Shown piece by piece: positions 27,351-38,859 of a DNA stretch of 64,000 nt; position 1 is the stretch's first letter; each line of letters starts with the position of its first letter. Source of the DNA: Octopus vulgaris (Eukaryota); NCBI GenBank assembly GCA_951406725.2, contig OX597825.1, positions 38,068,001-38,132,000 of the forward strand, written 5' to 3'. The translations under genes and the position numbers were made by a program. A model generated the notes under the pieces. It was not told where the DNA came from, ran no database searches, and saw only the letters and a list, made by a program, of their open reading frames with translations.

Positions 27351-27530
27351 ACATGCAGGTTAACCTGTTATCATGATTTCAAATTTAGCACCAAACGAGT
27401 AGATCTGGCTCAAGAGAATCGAGTGCTTGTATATTTGTGTGCGTGTACGCGCCCTTGTTTGTGTGTGTGCGTGTATGTGTGTGTGCCTACAAATTGATGT
27501 ATGTGTTCGTCTGAATATATATATATAAAA

Positions 27531-27609
27531 GTTTCTTGTCGAAGATACGTCTCGCTTTTATCCTTCGAAACGTAGAGTAGATGAAACCGTAGCGACTGAA
27601 GAAGGGGTT
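27531..27609 (+). ncRNA. Non-circularly permuted hammerhead ribozyme (family 1, copy 1)
   Basis: UACG-U-C|UCGCU ... auccuuc-GAAA-CGUA ... AGCGA-CUGAAGA-aggggu. Stems III and I are each perfect 5 bp, with a GUC site ending at 27551. Confidence 0.8.
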
Positions 27610-28320
27610 TTTTCTTTGTGTTAATTATCCTGTACTCTATTTTTTTGTTGTTTTTAAAAAAATGTTTGTGTCTATGTTTTCGTTTCTCATTGTGTTCGAC
27701 GTTCCTTTGGTGTCCTGTACTCATATATGCGTGTATACGTACATGTAGAGGTAGGTACGTACATATATGTTTATATATATGCATATGTTTTATTTCATTT
27801 ATTAATATATTATATGACGAAACGCACGCTCCCCCTTAAGTAAGATTGTTCTGTGTATCAAGTTTTGGTCTTGATATTAACTCTGACGCGGACTCTTCAC
27901 CTTTCTGTCCCATCCCTTGTCTCTTCCTCTCTCTCATTCTTCACTCTCTCTCTCTCTCCCTCACAATTCTTCATGGTTTCCTCGCAGCCATTCCCCTTCT
28001 TCTCTCCCTTTCTATTGCTCCTCCTCCCCCCTTCCTGTCGTTCACCCGCTCTGAATATCTTTCTGGCCTGGCCTTTCAAGGTAATGGACGACATTCTTCC
28101 TTCTCCTCTCGTCGTTCACAAAAAATTCTGCGTTCGCAATACTTGTTTTCGTTCGGCGTCAACAGCCCTTCTTATCTTGTTTTTCCCTGTCCTGTCTTTT
28201 ACTGTTTATATTTTGTACTGTCGTTACTGTCCTGTTTTTTTACCATTTTTTTTACCATTTTTTACCCCTCTGCGAAAAGATCTCAGAATTTTTATTGATT
28301 TGCTTTTCGCAGGAAGGAAA

Positions 28321-28399
28321 GTTTCTTGTCGAAGATACGTCTCGCTTTTATCCTTCGAAACGTAGAGTAGATGAAACCGTAGTGGCTGAAGAAGGGGTT
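28321..28399 (+). ncRNA. Non-circularly permuted hammerhead ribozyme (family 1, copy 2)
   Basis: Identical to copy 1 except for the stem I strand AGUGG, which still pairs with UCGCU through two G-U wobbles. The GUC site ends at 28341. Confidence 0.75.
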
Positions 28400-29137
28400 T
28401 TTTTCTTTGTGTTAATTGTCCTGTACTCTATTTTTTGTTGTTTTTTAAAAAATGTCCAGTTCCTTTGGTTTGTGTCTATGTTTTCGTTTCTCATTGTGTT
28501 CGACGTCCCTTTGGTGTCCTGTACTCATATATGCGTGTATATGTACATGTAGAGGTAGGTACGTACATATATGTTTATATATATGCATATGTTTTATTTC
28601 ATTTATTAATATATATATATATATATATATATTCAGACGCACATAAACAACAATTTGTACACACACAAATCGACAGGCGCACACACACATATACAAGTGC
28701 ACAAAAATATATGCATGAATGCATGAAAACCCATAAACGAAACATCTTGCATTATGTTTGTTTTGAGTATAATATAACCTCCTCTTAATTGAAGGTGCAA
28801 CGAAAGTATTTAGGTAGAATATATTAGAAAGATTTTGGGAGAACCTGAGATTTCACCTGGTGTTTATACATACCGTAATATAACCAACCTTACAGAAATC
28901 CACTGATATGATTATCCATTCATTCATCCATTCATATCTTTGTGTGTATGAATAAGTGTATGCAAACACACACTAACACACACACATACACACACACAAA
29001 CACACTCACTCACATATGTATATATATACACACACACATCAATAATTTTTATCATATTCTAAGCACTAAAGGAAAATGTTTATTCAGAACATATATAATC
29101 CTGTTGATATGAATCTATTGTAAAATTAGTATCAGAT

Positions 29138-29237
<100 letters not shown>

Positions 29238-29333
29238 GTGTGTGTGTTATATACGTATACATGTATGTATGCATATATATTTATCTATGTATATATCAAC
29301 ATATATGCAGATAGCTATATATATGTATATATG

Positions 29334-29386
<53 letters not shown>

Positions 29387-29388
<2 letters not shown>

Positions 29389-29900
29389 TGGCTGCCCCCT
29401 CGTTATCGAGTATGGCTATTGCACGAAGCTTAATCTATGTTGTTATCGTGCAATGCCTGTGCAAGAAGATTTTTTTAAGTGAGGAAAGGCTGTGCCCTGA
29501 GTCAATCCCACTCACTAAGCAACAGCAGCCATAGTCCAAAAAGAAGAACAAGTCAACATCATCGGTAACCACTGAGCCGCAGGTTTTATGTCGGAGTTAT
29601 CCCAGTTACTTGAGTTAACTTCTCCCAGAAGGATGCCCTAACAAAAGCTAGGAGTCATTCACTTCCAATGGTTTAACCGCGCGATCGGGTATTCAGTCCG
29701 ATTATTTCTATGTCCCCGCGCATGATACAGCCTTAAGGAATTTGTTGGATGGCCGTTGACTCTCAAGAGTTCCTCCGCCCTTTGACGAGTTTTATTTTTC
29801 ATCCCACAGGGTGTCCAATAAACTCCTTCCTCACCAAGGAAGCTTGGTGGGGTTGCCGGTTTAGACGCCGTAGCAGTAGCACTCGAAAATGACCTGACAT
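29387..29900 (-). mobile_element. Non-coding, probably RTE-mobilised non-autonomous retroposon
   Basis: The end ccccctcgttatcgagtatggc resembles the RTE 3' end at 22573 (cgtccttcgggttcgaagatgacc). It is a GC-richer block between TA tracts, with no ORF. Confidence 0.45.
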
Positions 29901-29954
29901 AATATATATATTATACATACATACATATATATTATACATACATACATACATATA

Positions 29955-30330
29955 GTTGTGTTTTAAGAAGCTTGCTTCCCAGCCACATATTCCAAACTTC
30001 TGTGTCACTGCGTGGAATGTTGCGCAAGTGTTCTCTACTAGAGCTACACGCCGCCCAAAGCCCTGTGAGTAAATTTCGAAGACGCAGTCTGAAATTAATG
30101 TGTGTGTATATGCATGTGTGTTTGAGTCAGTTTTGTATCGAACCACTGCTTGACAGCTGGAGTTGGTGTATTTACACACCCGTACCGTTCGCTTGTGCAA
30201 AAAAGATGTTTAGAATAAATCCTAGGTTTAGAAACTTAAGTTCTGCGGTTGATTTCTTCAACTAAAACACTTCAAGGCGGTGCCCCAGCATAGCCACGTT
30301 CAATTGATTGGAAAAAGTATACGATAAAAG
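29955..30330 (+). mobile_element. SINE family B, old full-length copy
   Basis: aagaagcttgcttcccagccacat...cactgcgtggaatgttgcgcaagtg...gcttgaca...aggcggtgccccagcatagccac. Confidence 0.75.
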
Positions 30331-30339
30331 TTATATATA

Positions 30340-30556
30340 TATAAACATATAATAACTACTGACGCACTGTTTGATGATTTCTTAATTTTCTTTTGACATT
30401 TCCCTTTCTCCGCTCCGAGGAAGAGCTCTGCTCGAAACACCAACAACTATCTCTTTTTACGGAGCGTTAAGCTAATAGATTGTTTGTGCCCGTCCACATG
30501 TCTTTTAATTTTATTATTCGATTAGTTGAATTTATTGTTTATTTGAATTGACTATA
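30340..30556 (+). mobile_element. Penelope-type solo pLTR related to the 9679 family
   Basis: CCGAGGAagagctctgctcGAAAC at about 30415-30438; the downstream gagcgt..ctaata..tccac and terminal aattgactatat match that family. Confidence 0.6.
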
Positions 30557-30608
30557 TGTATACACACACACACACATACACACACACATGTATTTACATA
30601 TGTATGTG

Positions 30609-30689
<81 letters not shown>

Positions 30690-30690
<1 letters not shown>

Positions 30691-31110
30691 TCTATATATA
30701 CATGCATATATGGGTACGGGACGTCACCAACGGTTCAAACACCATGAATGCGTAAACAAATGAGTTAAATACATAAACAACGAAAGAAATAGAGAACAGG
30801 ACAAGTAAACACAGAGAAAGGACCCTTCATCTGTTGTCAGCTGTCTATCTACTCCTCATTTTGAGCATTCAATGACAATATGATTTTTGGAGGACAGTTT
30901 CTCCCATAAATTCTAAAATAAAATTCAGGATTTATGGAGGGTTATAAAAACACGACAGTAGAAGCATACAAGGAAACCGAACGAAAACAAATAAAGAGGG
31001 TTGTTAGGCCAGAACAAGATGAAAATAGTGGACGCTATGAAAAATATTTTTTGAAAAGTGAAAAGATAGAAGGGAGGCCACAATCAATTTCTTCAGGAAA
31101 TAGGGTTTGT
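30690..31110 (-). mobile_element. Penelope-type pLTR (family 2) with a mutated permuted hammerhead
   Basis: The terminal sequence is related to family 1 (tatacatgcatatatgggtacgggac versus gtcctgtactcatatatgcgtgtata). It lies between (TA)n and (GA)n. Confidence 0.6.
30822..30897 (-). ncRNA. Non-circularly permuted hammerhead (family 2), core-mutated
   Basis: UCA-U-A|UUGUCA ... GCUC-aAAA-UGA ... gaguagau ... UGACAA-CaGAUGA-a-GGGU. Stem I is a perfect 6 bp; the core carries U4A and G12A changes. Confidence 0.65.
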
Positions 31111-34100
31111 ACAAATTCGAGAGAGAGAGAGAGCGAGAGAGAGAGAGAGAGAGAGAGAGAGTGAGAGAGAGAGAGAGATTTAGAGGGAGGGTTGGTGTTA
31201 GGGAGAGAGAGTAGAAAGATATGCACATGAGATAAGTATGTAGAAAGACGAAGTAAGAAGAAACGATATGAAAGTGAATTGTCTCCGGTCTTGAAATGAG
31301 TATTTCATAACCGAGAATTAAATGCTGTAACTTATTGTTGACTGCGGTGTGATTAGAAGCCGAAATTATTGTCGCAAACCTGTCTATCTGACGCCTTAAC
31401 CATCTCAGTAGTAGTCTGCGTCATCAATATAATTACTAATAAAATAATCGAGCATCAACAGGAAAATTTACATACATAGTTATCTAGATTGTATTCTAAG
31501 TATATATTCATATTAAGTATATTAGCATAATTATACTTTACGGTTTCTCTGAAGGAAATCGTCTCTAGCGTATGATTATCTGACTCTTAAATAACGTCGA
31601 TATTTTTCATTGAATTATAACAATTCTTTTAACCAGATTCCTCCCTGATTATAGTCACTACTTAATAATTCTAGGAAATATCATATATCAAGTTACTGGG
31701 ACGAAAAAGAACCCCACATGTATAGGAGTTAACATAGACTCAACTAGAGTTTGAATTCAGGGTTGAAAATTAAATGTTATAAACCTAATATATCTTGTAA
31801 TTACTTGTTTTAAACTCTTGTAAGTGAAAGTTAGCAATCAGGTCAATTGATTTCCCTAACTAAATAAATTGTTTGATTTCGATGTTTTCTAAGTTGTTAG
31901 CGTCTCCTATAATCTATTTTCTCTCAACCAGATCACTCATCCAAACAATTTCCGATGAAACTTTCGCACACAGCTCCTGATATAATATTCTTGTGCGCGC
32001 TTTTGTTTAATAAGTTCGATTGAATTTTACGCACTTTCTTTAGAAAATTTCGCTTACATATATATTAGGCAGCTGGAAAATGTTCACTTTTCCTTGCAGA
32101 CATTGGAAGTTAATTTAAATAGAGTCTATAAATCTATATGCGTTCTGAATATCTGAACCGTCCTATATTGGAACTGATGCTATTTTTACAGATTCATCAT
32201 AATTTCATCAAGTCGTTTGTATTTACAAATTTGCTAATGCAATTGTTATCCTTGAGTCTTGTATGTTTCAAAGAATAACGGAAGTGAAATCATTTTGAAT
32301 AAATTGATGCTGCAGTAGATATTAAGAGAATTTTTTTTTTCATGTCTGAATAACTAAGGACTGATCAGCATGCTTATACGATGGATGATATTATTAACTT
32401 GGTTGCTATGTGTAGTTTATTCAATACTGTATAGGCTAGGATGTCAGATTTTAGCTCTTGTCTTTTAAACAGATATACTGTGAATATCTTATTTGTAATT
32501 CAAGCTATGTTCATACAATAACTTGCAAATTACGTTTTAAGACTACGTATAATGTTTTGTGCGATAAAATTAACCCGTAATTGGATGCAGATACTGGAAA
32601 TCATACTTTGGCAAGCGTTAAAAGCATGTGTTTAATTTCAGAATTTTCCCCCTATCATCCTACCAGTCACGGAAGCCCTCAAAAAGCCACCACGTCATCC
32701 TTTTACAAAGAAAATTAGGTGATTAGAATAATGTATTTATCAGTAATTATAATTCAATAATACGTAGTTTAATTAACATGTCTGTGTAATTAAATAAACT
32801 AACACAATACTGTTTATTCTACATTTAATCTATATTAGTTACATACCTTGAAAGCGCAAACCGCGTTTCTACCTCAACTTTTCATATGTACTAAAAGTAC
32901 ATGTTTGTTTGATTTTAACTCATCATTTCTGGCATTTTCCCCCAGTAATATTTCCATTTCTTATTTTCTCACAATTTATATTGGAATAATACCGTTCAAA
33001 GTGTTTAAAGTTTTCCTCAAGAGAAAATCGGTATCGAATAGCAAAAGCATTCGACCGCATCCAACTGAAGTAGCTACCATGTTTTACACATGTCTCTTCT
33101 CCGCTAAGCTGGAATATTTTTTTATCATAACTGTAACCAGCATCAATATTGCTTTTAAACAGATATTTTGTGATTGCCCTACTTTTAATTCAAGTTGTAT
33201 GTTCTACAATCTTCATACAATTAATTGCAAATTACTATCTGTCTCTACGTATAAAGCAATATATACAAATCTTCCTTTAGCTATACAGTCTCAAGCAACA
33301 CATGGACAGGACGTCTATGCATTTCCTTTGTAAGTCAACTCATATTGTGTAGAATCTTTTTAACTAAAATTATAACCTACGTACAAATACGAAGCAAACA
33401 CAATACGTCTGTCAAATTCTTTTGGTGTAACATTCCATTATTATGAACGACTAGGAACTGTACTGAATATGAACATATTTTGCTGGATCCTAACCCCCAC
33501 TGGTGTGCTCTTTCTGAATCCCTTCGAGTTTACCATTGGTTTCCCAACAAAAACTGAGAACGAGATCGAAGAAACTATTTGACCGCATTGAAATTATCGG
33601 GTACTGTTTGCTTTTACACAATTGTATACATATAATGAAATACATTAGTCAGAATTAAATTTACTTTTTTTAACAATTATTAACAATTTTGTTTTATTGT
33701 CATTCAAGAAAGTTGCGGCTTCTCTTAATAAATCTTTAAATTATTAAGAATTTAGTAAACTAATATTGACATAATTAAGTTCATGATCGGAACATAAATT
33801 TCCATGAAAATTTGATGAAAGTGCTTAGTTTAGAGGAATTTTAAGAAAAGAAATCTATATCGTACAAATAAGGGCGGTAATGTGTATATGCTGCAGCACA
33901 TTATTAAAACACTTATTTAACAATGAAAATTAAAAAATAAACCGAATATAATATTCCAAATGAATTAGTAACGAATGTTAGCCACCAAAAAATGCCTTAT
34001 CATATTAAACAGTGAAGACTATACGGGGCAATAGACTTTCGAGAGAGGAATGAAGCAGATTGTTAAACATTGCGACCATTTTAAGTAAATAATCTCCAAC

Positions 34101-36160
34101 TTACCCAAAATCCGAACACTATACATACATATATACATTACTTGCATATAATTATTATGTAACTGGTATTTATCACTTCAGCTACTGCGAATCGCGATAC
34201 TCACCTACAAATAGAAAAAAAGGAATATCAAATCTATATTAATCGAATACAATGCCGCATAATTTTAAAAAAATTCACAAAGTTAACAACCATCTACAGT
34301 TTCTTAACTATTCCTTTAACATGGTACAGAAACAAACATATACAAATAAAACATAAACAAATACAAATACATACATATATCATAAAAAGGGTAACATCGT
34401 ATGCATTCTTTCAATTGCTGATGGTTTAATGCTCATTTTCTAATTGTCTCGAAAGACAGTTTATTTTACGAGTAACTAGTTCTTACACCTCTGCAACGCA
34501 TGGAACATAATGTCGGAAGAACTTTTACCCTTCATTACAGAGTATGATGCATATTCTTGAGAAACTGTAGACAAGGGGGAACTATTATGAAAGTGTGCAT
34601 ATAATGTGCGTAGTTGAATTGTTGGAAGTTATTTCATCGTGTTGAAGAAAGATATTTAAGAATATTATTTCCAGCTCTTGAGCTAATGCAGCTATTTATA
34701 TGAAAATATTCTCCTTTGTAAGATATTCTCGTTGAATTTGTAGGAATATAAATGTAAATGTAGACGCAGATATTAGCAAATTAATTATCTACATGATGAG
34801 AGAAACGCATCGTAATTGTACACTTGATGCCAAAGTGTTTCACTGATTTTTCACAAAAAAAAGTCTTAAAATACCATCACCAACAATAATCATTGGTTAA
34901 ATCTCGAGAAATATCGACATAGCTGTCTTAAAATAAACATTGTTTAGCTATTAGTATATGAGTATATACGGTATTACGGAGCTTATTTTTTTGAAAATGG
35001 TTTCTTTTCTAATGTTAAGAGAGCAGTTAATTCTTCATAGCATTTTAAAATTAAGCTCTATAAATTTATGTTGTTTTTGTGGAATATATTAAGGTTATGC
35101 TGCAGCATAACCTTAAAAAATAGATATAACTTTTGCTTGTCAGTAATTTTTGAAAAACAAACATTCACGCATATCGGATAGGGTTTTCTTTGGTCATTAT
35201 TATTCTTTTAAATAAAGATCTAGCTACTGTAAACTTGTTTTCCATCATGCGAAAGTTACTCTCAGTTATATATACATCTTGACAGATGTGACAGAGGAAA
35301 CTATTGAAATAGGAATGCCTTGATGAGTTCCTTTACGTAGTAAATTGCACTGTACGAAAATCCCCAAAATGAGCAGTATGGCCGATTTGACTTAATTATT
35401 TAAATTCTACAAGCTGATTTAAGTATTTTCTCTTAGTATATTGTCCTTTACTTGTGTAAATATTGTGATGAGATGGGGAACGTGAATATCAGCTTTGAAT
35501 CCTACACGCGTATTCTATCCTTTGACTTTCTTTCCTGAAATTTCCTATGTAGAAGGTGTTTTACTGACTTACTCATTCTCGTCATAAAAACACAACAGTT
35601 CTCATGGCTGGGCAATATATTATAGCTGCATGAAATACTTATGTCTGCTAAGAGTTGAGACTGCGTATTCATGTATAAATTGAGGCAGGACCCTGCCACG
35701 TAATGGTAGTCTGTTCAGCATTACCGCCGACTGAAAATATGCGTAGCAACAGGAGTAACCTGAAGGAGTATTAAGAATTGGGAGATGCAAAAATACAATT
35801 AACTGGTAATGAACACTATTTTAAAACACGTGCAGATAGCTGGCAAGTCTGATTTATACTTCTGAAGATTCCACCACTTAACTATATAGGAAGTTAATAA
35901 TGATACCAATAGTAATTAATCAGGACATAACAAAAAGTAAGAATGCTTGGACAAAGTATTCCTGCATATCTAATATATAATATATGTGTAGTTACTGTGA
36001 CACGCCAATGAGTTTAATTTAGTTTTATTTGTTGGCCTATATATATATATATAAAAGTACACAATGAATAATATAAACCAATTGCGTTCTCCTAAATAAT
36101 AATACCCACATGCTCAGAGAAACTAAATTGATAAAAAAACAGGTGCAGTTTACACTTGTG

Positions 36161-36166
36161 ATGATA

Positions 36167-36248
<82 letters not shown>

Positions 36249-36560
36249 ATGGTGGTGGTAGTGGTGGTGGTGATGACAACGATGATAGTGTTGTTATAGT
36301 TGGTGATGAGTGTGTTGATGATCATGATCATGATGTTTATGAATATGATGCCGATGGTGATGATGACGATAGTGTTGACGTTTTTGCTGTTGTTGTTATT
36401 GATAGTTCTGATGATAGCAACGTTGATAAGCATGATAGTGGTGATGAAGATGATGAAGATGATGATCATAATGATGTTTGCATTTGCCGTGGTAGTAATG
36501 TTGCTACTGTTGTTGTTGAAAATGATGTGGACGATTAGGATAACGGTGACAGAAGCCTGC
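36161..36560. repeat. (GAT)n with a degenerate triplet tract
   Basis: Directly visible. Confidence 0.9.
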
Positions 36561-38340
36561 GAATGATAATTAAGATGATTATAATGAAAGGTGATATTAT
36601 AGTGCTCTTATATGCGTGAAATTAAGAAGTGTAACTTCAAATTTCTTCTAAATATATGTTTCAAACGAATATTTAGAAGACCATTGCATTTATACTTCTT
36701 AGATTCGTAGCTCAAGTTTCGACATTCTCAAATATCGACTGGGTTAAGAGGAATACATTGTGAAAATTACATATCGTTAAATATGTCACTTTTGGCGTGT
36801 ACCAAGCTGGATTTGATCAGGCTTTTGTGATAGTAATGGTAACATTCTTAGAATTATGCTTTCGTGACCAAAGTCATTGCTGCTGAACTAGTTTACGTCG
36901 ATACAGAACATGTTCATGAATATTCCGTCCTTGTCTGAGTAAATTATTGTAATTCTCTTCAGTATACGCTTGATTGTCTCAAGTAAGTTTCTACTTGTAT
37001 ATTTTCTTATACTAAGGAGATAGACAATTGGATAGATACGTAATTTAAGATGGAGGGAAATAAGCAAAGCGAAACATGAAAACAAAAAGTCAGTAATGTT
37101 GATGATGATGATGATGAAGATGATGATGTGGAGGAGGAAGAAGCGGAAGATGACAACCACTACGATGATGACCAACATCATAATTATATAAAATAGAACC
37201 ACCACGACAAATGTCATCATCAACATCCACCTCCACCTCTATATCATCATCATCATAAACATGATCATGATTATGATCATAATCATCATCATTATCCATA
37301 ACACTAAAACCATCAAGAACAACTGTTCTTATCATCAACATTATCATCAGCTTCATTTTCGCAGTCGACGTCATTGTAATGGGCGTGAAGCTGGTACTGG
37401 GAGTGATGTTGTTAGTGGAAAGTGGTTTGAGTGATGGTGGTAGTGATTTGAATGATAATGTAATTAATGCAAGGTATCTAATACACTTAACGACGAAAAA
37501 TAAATGAGAAGTTTAAAGAAATACAAGGCAATCAATGAACAAAATGCTAAAAAACAAAAAAAGAACAAAGTAAGAAGAAATATCGAAGTAAAGCCAAATG
37601 AAATGCAAAAGACAAAATCAGCCGACGAAGCGAAAATGGAAAGAAAAAAATGATGTGAAGAAAAGTAAAACAAAATTTTAAAAAAATTGAAAACATTGCG
37701 ATTAACAAGACAAAAAGTTCACAGAAGAACAGAGCGATCAGAAAAAGTGTATGCAAAGAAGGAATGTTCACGGAGAGGAAGGAAATGATATACAACAGAC
37801 GAGAAAAAAGGCAGGAAGTATAAGGTGACAAGTATATTAGTAAGGCAACGATATGGCATTACTAAAGACAAAATAGGAATTACAATGTCAAAAAAAGAGA
37901 TAACAACAGAGTGAAAAATGCTGTGGTAAATGAAAATAAAAATGCAAAGTTGAATATAATTGGAGACACTATAGATGCACTTGCTAAAAATTGAATTTGG
38001 AAAGTCATGTAGAAATAAGTAAATGGAGAAGAGCAGATGAAATTATATAAGTACTGGAGAAGAATGGACGGAGAGAAGATAATTACATATCATTTCATAG
38101 CATTTTGAAGAACTAGAAACCAAAATATAGCTAAATAACTTGATTATACATATGAAGAAATATTCATCATCCAGCACGTTTGTGGGAGCGTGTTAGTCGA
38201 TCCATCTACACCAATGCTTTACCGATCCATCTTTTAATCTATTCGGGATTGATGGTGAACAAAGTTGCATTTGGTGGTATGGACTAGATAAAAGACGGAA
38301 CAAATATTACAATTCCGTGAACAAAACATTAGTTAACTTT

Positions 38341-38457
<117 letters not shown>

Positions 38458-38859
38458 GACAATGCACAGTTTCTCCCATGCAGGATATCTCAGTGAAACT
38501 TGCGAAAGACATGCGAAATCAAAATCGGAATGTTTACAAGTTATAAAATATAAGTGGAACAAAACAGTAAGTACGTAAATTGATTAATTACGCGTACACT
38601 CTAATATCTACACGATCATATATACATTTTAATACACATAGGACTACACATACATCCACATGTTTACGCAAATAGGTGAAATATACAGGATACACATCAC
38701 ATACACGTATATGAAAGCACGTTTCACAAACGAATAAAAAATATACATTAAAACAAATTTTCAACACAGAGTGAACAATACATAAGTATAAAAACACCAG
38801 AAAAACTATGCCCGGAGACAAATCTATCAACAGGAAAAATACAGACGAATAAAGATCTG

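Larger units (their letters stand above)
27528..28610 (+). mobile_element. Penelope-type 3' remnant in a partial-tandem pLTR arrangement
   Basis: Direct repeat 27528-~27808 and 28318-~28610, offset 790 bp at the 5' end. The spacer starts with a possible GIY-YIG tail (FCVSSFGLDINSD). It is flanked by (TA)n. Confidence 0.75.

Noticed and set aside
35573-35779. Minus-strand exon-like segment with a CAG acceptor and GTAAGT donor
   Set aside because: All three frames contain stops and there is no other support.
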